Assembly: GCA_051008055.1 (NCBI GenBank)
Contig: JBPCXZ010000312.1
Location: 1 to 62,155 of the forward strand
DNA from: Woeseiaceae bacterium
GTDB lineage: Bacteria > Pseudomonadota > Gammaproteobacteria > Steroidobacterales > Woeseiaceae
Length of the DNA stretch: 62,155 nucleotides
Reading direction: 5' to 3'
Shown here one piece after another: positions 27,362 through 37,047 of this stretch. The notes beneath the pieces were generated by a model that was given only the letters and a program-made list of their open reading frames with translations, was not told the DNA's origin and did no database searches. The first letter of the stretch is position 1, and every line of letters starts with the position of its first letter. The translations under genes were made by a program, and so were the position numbers.

Positions 27362-28957
27362 ATGTCGCGAAACAAAATCCGCAATCCAGTGCTTAAGGGA
27401 TTCAATCCGGATCCGTCTGTTTGCCGGGTGGGCGATGACTTCTATGTCGCCGTTTCGACCTTCGAGTGGTACCCGGGCGTGCAGATTTACCATTCGACGG
27501 ATTTAGAAAACTGGCGCCTGGTGGCCCGACCATTGAATCGGGCAAGTCTGTTGGACATGCGCGGTGAGCCAGATTCCTGCGGAGTCTGGGCACCATGCTT
27601 GAGTTATGCAGATGATCGGTTCTGGCTGTGCTATACCGACGTCAATCGTTTCGACGGCAACTTCAAAGATACGCACAATTACCTGACCACCTGCGACACC
27701 ATTGATGGCGATTGGTCGGATCCCATTTATCTGAATTCCAGCGGGTTCGATCCGTCGCTGTTCCATGACGACGATGGCCGCAAGTGGTTCACGAATTGCG
27801 TCTGGGACCACCGCCCGGATCGAAGTTTCTTTTACGGCATTGTGATGCAGGAGTTTGATGCAGGGACGGGTAAGCTGCTCGGTGAACCGGCACACATTTT
27901 TGCCGGCACCAGTATCGATTTCACTGAGGCGCCGCATCACTACAAGCGTGGCGACTATTACTATTTGATCACCGCTGAAGGCGGCACCGGCTACGGCCAT
28001 TGCGTCACGATGGCGCGGTCGAAGGATATCCTGGGGCCGTACGAAGCCGATCCTGAAGGGCCAATCATCACTTCGCGCGACGATCCTTATTGGTCACTGC
28101 AAAAAGCAGGGCACGCGGATTTCGTCGAACTTGATAACGGCGAGGTTTACCTGTTTCACCTTTGTGGCCGGCCGCTACCCGGGACGCGATCGTGCCCGCT
28201 GGGTCGCGAAACGGCCATTCAGAAAATGCAGTGGACTGACGACGGCTGGCTACGACTCGCGAGCGGCGGCCACATGCCAGAAGTTGATGTGGCTGCGCCA
28301 TCGCTACCGGCTGCCGAGCCGCTGCAGGAATTTAGCTACGACGATTTTGCGGGCACGACACTCAATCCTGTTTACCAGTGGTTGCGGACGCCGTTTCCCG
28401 AGTCTTTCTATAGCCTGCAAGATCGCCAGGGATTCTTGCGCCTGTATGGCAAAGAGTCCCCCGGCAGTTTGTTCGAACAGGCTTTGATCGCTAGGCGGCA
28501 AACCGATTTCGAGTTTCAGGCCAGTACGTCGGTTGATTTTCAACCGCAGTCGTTCCAGCAGCTGGCCGGACTCATTTGTTATTACAACTCTCGCAAGTTT
28601 CATTATTTGTATATCTCGACAGATGACGAGGTCGGTCGACATATCGGCATCATGAGCTGCGAAGCGGAGCCGTCGCTGCAACTGACCTATCCAATTCAGG
28701 ATGCGCGGATCCGATTGCCTGCGACAGGGGCGATCGGTTTGCGAGCCAGCGTCGACCATAGCGAACTGAGGTTCTCCTGGTCCGTTGACGGGGAAGCCTG
28801 GAACGAAATCCCGGTGTTGCTGGACCAAAGCCTGTTGTCGGACGAAGCCGGGGTCGCTTTTGGTGAGCAGTTCACGGGCGCTTTTGTCGGCCTGACGTGT
28901 AATGACACGTCGGGCAGGCGCATGCATGCCGACTTTGAGTTTTTCAGTTACGTCTAG
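27362..28957 (+). CDS. xynB: GH43 beta-xylosidase (XynB-type, with C-terminal beta-sandwich)
   Basis: NPVLKGFNPDPSVCRVGDDFYVAVSTFEWYPGVQIYHSTDLENW is the canonical N-terminus of roughly 530-aa GH43 xylosidases. The catalytic Asp, Asp and Glu positions are present. Confidence 0.85.
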   Translation: MSRNKIRNPVLKGFNPDPSVCRVGDDFYVAVSTFEWYPGVQIYHSTDLENWRLVARPLNRASLLDMRGEPDSCGVWAPCLSYADDRFWLCYTDVNRFDGNFKDTHNYLTTCDTIDGDWSDPIYLNSSGFDPSLFHDDDGRKWFTNCVWDHRPDRSFFYGIVMQEFDAGTGKLLGEPAHIFAGTSIDFTEAPHHYKRGDYYYLITAEGGTGYGHCVTMARSKDILGPYEADPEGPIITSRDDPYWSLQKAGHADFVELDNGEVYLFHLCGRPLPGTRSCPLGRETAIQKMQWTDDGWLRLASGGHMPEVDVAAPSLPAAEPLQEFSYDDFAGTTLNPVYQWLRTPFPESFYSLQDRQGFLRLYGKESPGSLFEQALIARRQTDFEFQASTSVDFQPQSFQQLAGLICYYNSRKFHYLYISTDDEVGRHIGIMSCEAEPSLQLTYPIQDARIRLPATGAIGLRASVDHSELRFSWSVDGEAWNEIPVLLDQSLLSDEAGVAFGEQFTGAFVGLTCNDTSGRRMHADFEFFSYV

Positions 28958-29979
28958 CGGGGTTTGGCGACGCTCTGCCGAACAACCAGTTTGTGCGGCA
29001 CGATCAGCGACTCGTTGTTGTCGCTGCTACGGCCTTCCTCGATGCGCCGACACAGCCGGTACATAACACGTTCGCCAATTTCTTCAGCGGGCTGGCTGAT
29101 CGTCGTTAGCGGCGGGTCAGTCACTTCGGCATAGCGGATGTCGTCAAACCCGATCACCGAAACATCGTCCGGCACCCGTAATTCTGCCGCTTTGATCTCG
29201 TGCAGGCAGCCAATCGCCATCTCATCATTGGCGCAAAAGATTGCGGTAGGGCGTTCCGGGTGATTCAGGAGTTCCCGAGTGGCCTGGCGCGCGCCGGCAA
29301 TCGACATCTGACCTGCGGCAACCCAGCCTTCGTGAATCGGCAGGTTCGCCTGCTTCATTGCCGCGCGGTAGCCCAGTTCGCGATCCTTGGTCAGCAAAGA
29401 ATCCGCCTGACCGAAAATCATGCCGACGCGCTGGTGTCCCTGCGTGATCAGAAAGTTGGTTGCGTCTTTGGCAGCAGCGACATTGTCGATATGCACACTG
29501 GGAAGGTCGGCAAGATCCGACGACACTTTCTCGCAGCCTACGACTATGGGCAGCCGCCGCCGACTTTTCGCGGAAAGGATTTCGGTGCCGAATGGCGACA
29601 TCGATGCCAGCAAGATAATCCCGTCAGTCTGTCGTGACACCAGCATCGCGCTAATCTCGTTGGCTGTCATCGTGTTCAACTGCGTCTCTTCAATCAGGAC
29701 GGAATAGCCCTTGGCTTTGGCAGCGGTGCGAATGCCTCGCATAACCGCTGTGAAGAATGGATCGCCGATGGACGGCAATACCACCATGACCAGATTCGTA
29801 CGGCCGCGACGAAAACTCTGCGCAAGCGTGTTTGGCGAATAGCCGGTCTTGACGATCGCGTCCTGAACTTTAAGACGAGTACGCTCGGTGACTTTTTCCG
29901 GATTGTTGACGCAGCGCGACACCGTTGCAATTGAAACGCCGGCGAGCTTCGCGACTTCCTTAATGGATACGTCCTGCAT
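28954..29979 (-). CDS. LacI family transcriptional regulator (xylose/xylan locus)
   Basis: The HTH VSIKEVAKLAGVSIATVSRCVN begins right after the ATG at 29979. The longer 417-aa ORF in the track adds a non-homologous extension that would cover the operator at 30021. Confidence 0.85.
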   Translation of the reverse strand: MQDVSIKEVAKLAGVSIATVSRCVNNPEKVTERTRLKVQDAIVKTGYSPNTLAQSFRRGRTNLVMVVLPSIGDPFFTAVMRGIRTAAKAKGYSVLIEETQLNTMTANEISAMLVSRQTDGIILLASMSPFGTEILSAKSRRRLPIVVGCEKVSSDLADLPSVHIDNVAAAKDATNFLITQGHQRVGMIFGQADSLLTKDRELGYRAAMKQANLPIHEGWVAAGQMSIAGARQATRELLNHPERPTAIFCANDEMAIGCLHEIKAAELRVPDDVSVIGFDDIRYAEVTDPPLTTISQPAEEIGERVMYRLCRRIEEGRSSDNNESLIVPHKLVVRQSVAKPR

Positions 29980-30020
29980 GTTTGTTGGCAAGGTTGTCCG
30001 TATTGAAAAGCGAAAAATAG

Positions 30021-30034
30021 TGTAAACGTTTACA
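30021..30034. promoter_or_regulatory. Type B operator, perfect palindrome TGTAAACGTTTACA
   Basis: Located in the divergent gap between the LacI gene (start 29979) and the aldose epimerase gene (start 30071). Confidence 0.65.
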
Positions 30035-30070
30035 ATTAGCGTAGCAATTGGCACTACTAAGGAAGCATCT

Positions 30071-31042
30071 TTGGCGAGCGAACCACTACAGGAATCTGAG
30101 CTACAAACTACCGTTTTGGAGTCGAGCGCTGGCTTGCGGCTCGAAGTACTGAACCTCGGTGCAGCGGTGCGTGCCTTAACCATTCCGTTAGCTGGGAACC
30201 GGCGCAACGTTGTGCTTGGCTATGCGAACCTGCGCGACTATATCAACGACGAATATTTTGTCGGCGTGACGGTTGGTCCGTTTGCCAACAGGATCGCAGC
30301 GGCGAGTTTCGAACTGGATGGTCGCGAGTTTCTGCTCGACGCCAATGAAACGACAACGTCCCACAGTTTGCACGCGGGGGAGTTGGGCCTGCATCGCAGG
30401 ATTTTCGACGTCGTCGAGTCCGCTGCGGGAGGTTCGGTCTTGTGTCGGTTGCACGTCGCCGACCAGGTAGACGGGTTTCCTGGCAATCGGGTCTTCGAGA
30501 TCAACTACGAGTGGCTCGATGGGTGGAGCCTGGCTATCGATTTCATCGTTTCGACCGATCGCGACACCGTCGTCAACCTGGCAAATCACTGCTATTTCAA
30601 TCTCGGTGGCGACCTCGCAGCGCACCAGCTACGCGTGCTGGCTGACGATTACACGCCGCTGGACACAACCGGAATTCCTACGGGTGACGTCCAGTCGGTC
30701 GCACAAACAAAGTACGACCTACGTGACTGGCGCCGACTCGGGTCCGAATCGTACGACGACAACTACGTTCTGCGCGACGGTCCAGATGAAGGTCGCGTCG
30801 CGGCACAACTACGGTCAGGTCTTGGTGATTTGCAGCTCGATCTGGCGACGACGCAGCCAGGACTCCAGGTGTATACGGGCGACTCGCTAGGGGACCCATT
30901 CGCGGCACGTGCCGGTCTGTGTCTCGAAGCCCAGCGCTTTCCGGATACGCCAAATCAACCCGCATTTGGGTCCGCGCGGCTGGCGGCTGGAGACCGTTAT
31001 CGGCAGCGATCAGTACTAACTTTTTCGTTTTTAAGTGTTTGA
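30071..31042 (+). CDS. galM: Aldose 1-epimerase (mutarotase)
   Basis: GYANLRDY...FVGVTVGPFANRI...HSLHAG...NHCYFNL are galactose-mutarotase family motifs. TTG start, 6 nt after the AAGGAAG ribosome-binding site. Confidence 0.75.
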   Translation: MASEPLQESELQTTVLESSAGLRLEVLNLGAAVRALTIPLAGNRRNVVLGYANLRDYINDEYFVGVTVGPFANRIAAASFELDGREFLLDANETTTSHSLHAGELGLHRRIFDVVESAAGGSVLCRLHVADQVDGFPGNRVFEINYEWLDGWSLAIDFIVSTDRDTVVNLANHCYFNLGGDLAAHQLRVLADDYTPLDTTGIPTGDVQSVAQTKYDLRDWRRLGSESYDDNYVLRDGPDEGRVAAQLRSGLGDLQLDLATTQPGLQVYTGDSLGDPFAARAGLCLEAQRFPDTPNQPAFGSARLAAGDRYRQRSVLTFSFLSV

Positions 31043-31108
31043 AAAATAGCATTTTTCAGAAGGAATCGACGAATTCTGATTGTCTTCCATGAGTAACCAT
31101 GTATAAAA

Positions 31109-31122
31109 TGTAAACGTTTACA
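31109..31122. promoter_or_regulatory. Type B operator, perfect palindrome TGTAAACGTTTACA
   Basis: The site ends 36 nt upstream of the xylB start. Confidence 0.65.
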
Positions 31123-31157
31123 AAACATTCTCTGCAATCACGAATAACAAGAGCAGC

Positions 31158-32642
31158 ATGGCGACAGTTTTAGGAATCGATCTCGGCACGCAAAGCGTCA
31201 AAGTCATTTTTTATGACTACGAGGCACGTGAATCTGTGGCCGTCGAAAGTGCACCATTGGACATCTACCAAACCGATGCCGGCGTCGCCGAGCAACAGGC
31301 GCATTGGTGGACGCACGCGTTGCAACAAGCTTTGCAGCAAGTCGGGAAAGGAGTACGGGCGAGCGTTACAGCGATTGGCGTCTCGGGTCAGCAACACGGC
31401 TTCGTGCCGCTCGACAAGTCTGGCGAAGTGCAAGCACCGGTCAAACTGTGGTGCGACACGTCAACAGGCGCGGAGTGCGCAGCAATCATGGACGCGTTCG
31501 GTGGTGTTGATGCGTGCATTGAGGAAGTTGGTAACGCCATCGTGCCGGGATACACCGCATCGAAGGTGCAATGGTTCAAGAATAATCACCCGACGATGTA
31601 CCAGCAGATGGAGAGCATCATGCTGCCGCATGACTACCTGAATTTTTACCTGACCGGTGAACGCTGCATGGAGGCCGGCGATGCGTCCGGCACGGGATTC
31701 CTGGATGTCCGGTCCCGCAGCTGGTCGGAGAAAATGCTACGCGCAATTGATCCGGACCGCGATCTTGCCGAATGCCTGCCGGAGGTACGCGTTAGCAATG
31801 ACGCGATTGGCACATTGCTGCCATCGGTAGCCGAAGACCTGGGTTTGCCGGCCGGTGTGCCGGTGTCGATTGGGGGTGGCGACAACATGATGGGCGCGAT
31901 CGGTACCGGTAATGTCGTGCCTGGAGTCGTAACCGTTAGCCTCGGTACGTCGGGCACTGTGTTCGCCTATGCCGATTCACCCGTCGTAGATCCCAAGGGC
32001 AATATCGCGGCATTCTGCTCATCAACCGGCGGCTGGTTGCCGTTGTTGTGCACGATGAATTGCACGGTTAGCACCGAACTGATGCGCAACTTGGTCGGCG
32101 CAGACATCGCAAGTTTCGAAGCGCAGGTGCAGGCGGCGCCGCGCGGGTCGAACGGTGTCATGACGGTGCCGTACTTTAACGGCGAGCGCACACCAAATTT
32201 GCCGAACGCACGGGGCGTCGTACTCGGACTGGATAGTCGCAATACAACGCAGCCCAATTTGTTCCGATCGGCGATCGAGGGCGCGACCTATGCGCTGCGG
32301 TTCGGCTACGACGAGATGCACGCGCTCGGTATTACCGCAAACGAAATCGTACTCACCGGCGGCGGCGTCAATAGCGATACCTGGCGCCAGATTGTTGCCG
32401 ATGTCTTCAATACGCCCGTCACGGTGCTCGAAGACAATGAAGGGGCGGCGTTTGGAGCAGCGTTGCAGGCACTGGCGATGCTGCAGAACACCAACGATGA
32501 TCTCGGTGCGTTTGTCGCCGAGCACCTGACGCATGACGAAGCGCGCTGCCGTGACCCGCGACCTTCGGCCGTCAATTTTTACAATGAAACCTACAGCGAG
32601 TATCAGCGCTCGGCAGCAAAAGTCGCCGAGCTCTATAGCTGA
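31158..32642 (+). CDS. xylB: Xylulokinase (FGGY carbohydrate kinase)
   Basis: N-terminal [19 protein letters not shown] and [13 protein letters not shown]. It lies immediately upstream of xylose isomerase. Confidence 0.85.
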   Translation: MATVLGIDLGTQSVKVIFYDYEARESVAVESAPLDIYQTDAGVAEQQAHWWTHALQQALQQVGKGVRASVTAIGVSGQQHGFVPLDKSGEVQAPVKLWCDTSTGAECAAIMDAFGGVDACIEEVGNAIVPGYTASKVQWFKNNHPTMYQQMESIMLPHDYLNFYLTGERCMEAGDASGTGFLDVRSRSWSEKMLRAIDPDRDLAECLPEVRVSNDAIGTLLPSVAEDLGLPAGVPVSIGGGDNMMGAIGTGNVVPGVVTVSLGTSGTVFAYADSPVVDPKGNIAAFCSSTGGWLPLLCTMNCTVSTELMRNLVGADIASFEAQVQAAPRGSNGVMTVPYFNGERTPNLPNARGVVLGLDSRNTTQPNLFRSAIEGATYALRFGYDEMHALGITANEIVLTGGGVNSDTWRQIVADVFNTPVTVLEDNEGAAFGAALQALAMLQNTNDDLGAFVAEHLTHDEARCRDPRPSAVNFYNETYSEYQRSAAKVAELYS

Positions 32643-32679
32643 TATCGATAGCAAATTTGGCAAGTACAGAGGCAGAAGC

Positions 32680-34029
32680 ATGACCCGAACAGTGATTACA
32701 GGCGATACAACGTATTTTCCGGGCGTTGACCAGATTCAGTACGAAGGACCGGAGTCGGACAACCCCATGGCATTCAAAGCCTACGACGCGAGTCGCCTTG
32801 TTGCCGGCAAGACGATGGAAGATCACCTGCGCTATGCGGTCTGCTATTGGCATACCTTCTGCGCCAGCGGCGGTGATCCATTTGGGCCGGGCACGCGCGA
32901 GCACCCATGGGCCGTCGCCGGCGATCCGGTTGCCAACGCCACTGAGAAAATGAACGCGGCGTTTGAGTTTTTTACGAAGCTCAACGTACCGCACTGGTGT
33001 TTTCACGACTTCGACATGGCCTGGGAGGGCGACAGCGTCGCGGCGTCTGAGAAGAATCTGCAGTTGACCGTCGACCTTGCCAAGGAACGCCAGGAAGCGA
33101 GCGGCATGCGACTGTTGTGGGGCACCGCCAACGCGTTTTCCAACCCGCGCTACATGAATGGTGCTGCGACAAACCCGAATTTCGAAGTTGTCGCACGTGC
33201 CGCTGCGCAAGTTAAGGCGGCGATCGATGCTACGACCGAGCTCGGTGGACAAAACTACGTGTTCTGGGGCGGTCGCGAAGGCTATGCATGTCTGCAAAAC
33301 ACCGATACGAAACGCGAGCTGGAACATTTCGCAATGTTCCTCGAAAAAGCACGCGATTACGGTCGGTCGATCGGTTTTGAAGGCACCTTCCTGATCGAGC
33401 CAAAGCCCATGGAGCCGATGAAGCATCAGTATGACTTCGATGCACAAACTGTCGTCGGTTTCCTGCGCCACCATGGCCTGGCCGGCGATTTCAAACTTAA
33501 CATTGAGGCGAATCACGCGACCCTCGCTGGCCACACCTTTGCACACGATCTACAAATGAGTGCCGATGCTGGGCTGCTGGGATCTATCGATGCGAATCGA
33601 GGTGATCCGCAGAACGGCTGGGATACCGACCAGTTCCCCACTGATCTGTACGACTGCGTTCACGGCATGATGATTGTGCTTGCGGCGGGTGGCCTCGGCA
33701 GCGGTGGCTTTAACTTCGACGCCAAGGTTCGACGTGAGTCAACGGATTTGAACGACATGTTCATCGCCCATATTGGCGGCATGGACGCCTTCGCTAGCGG
33801 TCTCGTGATTGCCGACAAGATTCTGCAGGATCCGCGTTCTAGTGAGTTGCGCGCGGGTCGCTACGCAAGCTTTGACAGCGGCGACGGCAAGCGATTCGAG
33901 AATGGTGAGCTCGGTCTCGGTGATCTACGTGATATCGCGGCTGCGCAGGGCGAGCCGGAACAGATAAGCGGCAAGCAGGAGTTGGTCGAGAATCTGATCA
34001 ACGACTACATAATGCGAGGTATTGCTTGA
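32680..34029 (+). CDS. xylA: Xylose isomerase
   Basis: FCFHD-type motif [17 protein letters not shown] and [14 protein letters not shown]. The ATG at 32680 gives about 449 aa, the canonical XylA length. Confidence 0.92.
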   Translation: MTRTVITGDTTYFPGVDQIQYEGPESDNPMAFKAYDASRLVAGKTMEDHLRYAVCYWHTFCASGGDPFGPGTREHPWAVAGDPVANATEKMNAAFEFFTKLNVPHWCFHDFDMAWEGDSVAASEKNLQLTVDLAKERQEASGMRLLWGTANAFSNPRYMNGAATNPNFEVVARAAAQVKAAIDATTELGGQNYVFWGGREGYACLQNTDTKRELEHFAMFLEKARDYGRSIGFEGTFLIEPKPMEPMKHQYDFDAQTVVGFLRHHGLAGDFKLNIEANHATLAGHTFAHDLQMSADAGLLGSIDANRGDPQNGWDTDQFPTDLYDCVHGMMIVLAAGGLGSGGFNFDAKVRRESTDLNDMFIAHIGGMDAFASGLVIADKILQDPRSSELRAGRYASFDSGDGKRFENGELGLGDLRDIAAAQGEPEQISGKQELVENLINDYIMRGIA

Positions 34030-34046
34030 GAGGAGCCGGTACGCAC

Positions 34047-35459
34047 ATGAACTCGGCGGCCGCAACTGAAAACCACACCGTCTTCGTTGTCTTTGTTAGC
34101 TGCATAGCAACCCTGGGCGGCTTCTTGTTCGGTTTCGATAGTGGTGTCATCAATGGCACCGTCGACGGCCTACAGCTCGCTTTCGAGTCCGACAGCGTTG
34201 GTACCGGCTTCAATGTGGCATCGATGCTGCTCGGCTGTGCGGTCGGCGCCTACTTCGCGGGCAGGCTGGCCGACGCGTATGGGCGGCGCGCGATCATGCG
34301 CGTCGCGGCCGTGTTTTTTATCGTCAGCGCCTGGGGTTCCGGGGTCGCCGGCGGTTCCTTCGAGTTTGTCGTCTATCGAATACTCGGCGGGCTCGCGGTC
34401 GGCGCAGCCAGCATCCTGGCGCCGGCCTACATCAGCGAGGTCGCGCCTGCGCGATATCGCGGTGCGCTGGCGACGGTGCAGCAAATCGCAATCATCAGTG
34501 GCTTGTTTTGCGCATTCCTCAGCAACTACGCGCTCGCGGGCGCCGCGGGATCTTCGGTCACGGAGTTGTGGCTTGGGTTTGAGGCCTGGCGGTGGATGTT
34601 CTGGATCGAGATCTTGCCTGCGACGATATTCCTGCTGGCCCTGTTCCTGATTCCGGAGAGTCCTCGTTACCTGGTCTTGAACCAGCAACGGCAGCAAGCA
34701 ACCGCGGTACTGACACGATTGAGCGGTGCGGCCGAAGCGAAACGCAAAGTCGAAGAGATTGATGCGTCCTTGGCGGCGGATCACCACAAGCCGCAACTTA
34801 AAGATTTGCTGGATCCGCAAACGGGCAAAATTCGCCGCCTGGTCTGGGTCGGCATAGGTCTCGCTACGTTTCAGCAACTGGTCGGTATCAACGTCGTGTT
34901 TTACTACGGCGCTGTACTTTGGCAGTCCGTTGGATTTACCGAGGCCGACGCGCTGCTAATCAATGTCGTCAGTGGTGGACTGAGTATCGCAGCGGTCATC
35001 GTGGCATTGCTGTTAGTGGATCGAATTGGTCGCAAGCCGCTACTGCTGATTGGATCGATCGGTATGGCAGTATCGCTCGCGCTAATGGTCATTGCGTTTG
35101 CGAACGCGAGCACAGCCGCCGACGGTTCACTGCAGCTCGATCAGTTCTTCGGCCCGCTCGCGCTGATCGCAGCGAATGCCTACGTCGTGTTCTTTAACAG
35201 CTCCTGGGGCCCGGTCATGTGGGTCATGCTTGGCGAGATGTTCCCGAATCAAATTCGTGGCACCGGTCTCGCCGTCAGCGGACTGGCGCAATGGAGCTCG
35301 AACTTCGGCATCACGATTACCTTTCCGATACTCCTGGCGTCAGTCGGCCTGGCCGGCGCGTACGGTCTCTATACGATCGCCGCCTTGATCTCAGTATTCT
35401 TCGTCGTGAAGATGGTGCACGAGACGCGCGGCGTCGAGCTGGAAGACATGCAAGGCTAG
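34047..35459 (+). CDS. MFS sugar porter, xylose/glucose:H+ symporter-like
   Basis: GFLFGFDSGVING, GRRAIM, PESPRYL and ETRGVELEDM. ATG at 34047, preceded by GAGAGGAG. Confidence 0.85.
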   Translation: MNSAAATENHTVFVVFVSCIATLGGFLFGFDSGVINGTVDGLQLAFESDSVGTGFNVASMLLGCAVGAYFAGRLADAYGRRAIMRVAAVFFIVSAWGSGVAGGSFEFVVYRILGGLAVGAASILAPAYISEVAPARYRGALATVQQIAIISGLFCAFLSNYALAGAAGSSVTELWLGFEAWRWMFWIEILPATIFLLALFLIPESPRYLVLNQQRQQATAVLTRLSGAAEAKRKVEEIDASLAADHHKPQLKDLLDPQTGKIRRLVWVGIGLATFQQLVGINVVFYYGAVLWQSVGFTEADALLINVVSGGLSIAAVIVALLLVDRIGRKPLLLIGSIGMAVSLALMVIAFANASTAADGSLQLDQFFGPLALIAANAYVVFFNSSWGPVMWVMLGEMFPNQIRGTGLAVSGLAQWSSNFGITITFPILLASVGLAGAYGLYTIAALISVFFVVKMVHETRGVELEDMQG

Positions 35460-35469
35460 CGTTGGGGCC

Positions 35470-36168
35470 TTACTCCTCAATATCAAAGTCGAGAAACAGG
35501 TTGGCCGTCAGCCGGCCCTTGTTCGGATCCAGATTCAAATCTCGTTCCGGTACCACCATCCCTGAATGCAACAGGTTGCCGGGGTAGAGCACGATTCGAT
35601 TCGGCCGATACTCAATCTCGCCGATAAGCTCGAAGTGATCGGTTGACGCATTAATGTAGCCTGGCGGCGGCTCGCCGTGCGAGAGCATGTGTCGTTTGGC
35701 GGCTCCGACGAAAGCCGTATGGCGTTCCGTCGACACACGCTCAAAGCCCGTCGGCCGGTGCCGAAAAAAACCCGTGCCGCAAAATTGGCCGGGGCTTAAG
35801 TAGTGTACGGACGCGAAGTAGTAGTCCCTGGTCGTGTCGAAGTGCGGAATGCGCTGCAGCATCGACAAGGATTCCGGCGGCTGTGCGAGCAAGCTGAAGA
35901 CGTTGTGGTAGAGCTCATAACTTGTGCTTTCCCGTGCGCCGTAGGTGCTGCATATCAATGGTATGAGTCGCTCTAAAGCCGCTTGCGTGTAGCTTTCCGG
36001 CAGCTGGCAGCGCACGCCCGGATAAAACGTTGTGTCGCTTGCGTAATCTTGCTGCCGTGCCGTCTGCAACAAGCCGTCGAGGTCATCGACAAAATTGTCG
36101 ATAACGATAATCGGCGTCTGCTCCGCACCGATCTCAAATATTCGTGTGTCTGAAGCTTGCTCAGGCAT
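35470..36168 (-). CDS. Hypothetical protein, 2OG-Fe(II)-oxygenase/cupin-like (DUF6445-like)
   Basis: 232 aa. It has HxD (IPHFDTT) and a distal His (NLLHSG) with spacing compatible with a double-stranded beta-helix oxygenase. The family assignment comes from memory of motif patterns only. Confidence 0.4.
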   Translation of the reverse strand: MPEQASDTRIFEIGAEQTPIIVIDNFVDDLDGLLQTARQQDYASDTTFYPGVRCQLPESYTQAALERLIPLICSTYGARESTSYELYHNVFSLLAQPPESLSMLQRIPHFDTTRDYYFASVHYLSPGQFCGTGFFRHRPTGFERVSTERHTAFVGAAKRHMLSHGEPPPGYINASTDHFELIGEIEYRPNRIVLYPGNLLHSGMVVPERDLNLDPNKGRLTANLFLDFDIEE

Positions 36169-36177
36169 GACTCTCTG

Positions 36178-37047
36178 TTAAGACATTCTGGTTGCTGCTA
36201 CGCCCAGCATAGCGATTGCGAGGATAACAAACAGTAGTGCGATTGCCCGCCGCATCGTGTGTTGCGGCACGAGGCCTTGCAGGCGTGGCCCAATCTGCCC
36301 GCCGATCAGAACGCCCGGAATGTCCCAAACCAGCAGATCCCAGGGCACGGCATTCCAGCCGCCGCCGCGAATGAGCTGCACGGCGTGACTTGACGACGCG
36401 AACAATACGGTGACCGAAACGATCATCACGGACGTCGCGGCCGCAACGGCAATCGGGATGCGCTTGTGCGTCAATTGCGAAACCGTGACTTCCCCGATTC
36501 CGACTGATACGAGTCCGGTTAGAAAGGCGCCGGCGCTCGTCAGCGCATAGTTACCGGCCCCAAGGCGAGGCGCTTCATAGTGATACTGCTCGCCGCGTGA
36601 ATCGACGATCGTCTTACCGTAGCTGACGCCCAAGGCGGTTTCGGGATCATCCTTACTTCCAGCGCGTTGCCACAGCACCACAGCCAATGCGCAGACCAGA
36701 AGCGAGTAACCGGCAAGCAATACCCAGTCGGGCAGGGTGCTCGCCACCCAGACGCCTAGAATCGAGACGGGTACTGCAATCCGGATAAATCGCCAGGCCA
36801 GTCCGTAGTCGATAAGACCTCGTCGGTAGTAACCGATAAAACCGGACAAGAAACCAAAGGTTTGCGTAATCAATGCGGCTGCGATGGCAGCGAGTGTTGA
36901 TTCGAGTACGTACTCTGGCCCCAGCAGCGGAAACACGAGCACAAAAATTGGCGTGAATAATGCGGCGCCGCCGATGCCACTGAGCATGGCGCAGGTCGCG
37001 ACCATGATCGCGACTGGAAACATGAACCAATAAAGCGTGAAATCCAC
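36178..37047 (-). CDS. TauE/SafE family membrane permease
   Basis: 289 aa, about 8 TM, with a duplicated LSGIGGAALFTPIF-type motif. The GTG start directly abuts the queF TAA stop. Confidence 0.75.
   Translation of the reverse strand: MDFTLYWFMFPVAIMVATCAMLSGIGGAALFTPIFVLVFPLLGPEYVLESTLAAIAAALITQTFGFLSGFIGYYRRGLIDYGLAWRFIRIAVPVSILGVWVASTLPDWVLLAGYSLLVCALAVVLWQRAGSKDDPETALGVSYGKTIVDSRGEQYHYEAPRLGAGNYALTSAGAFLTGLVSVGIGEVTVSQLTHKRIPIAVAAATSVMIVSVTVLFASSSHAVQLIRGGGWNAVPWDLLVWDIPGVLIGGQIGPRLQGLVPQHTMRRAIALLFVILAIAMLGVAATRMS

Noticed and set aside
28954-30207. Long (417-aa) version of the second LacI ORF
   Set aside because: The extra 76 N-terminal residues have no homology-like features and would run through the operator palindrome at 30021-30034 and into the galM start. 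The HTH begins right after the internal ATG at 29979.
32572-33546. 324-aa minus-strand ORF inside xylA
   Set aside because: xylA on the + strand is unambiguous (FLIEPKP and [12 protein letters not shown] motifs), and the antisense ORF has no family resemblance. The same logic applies to 61019-62002 (antisense to thrS), 6399-7151, 46661-47491, 49609-50346, 9919-10539 and 10570-11265.
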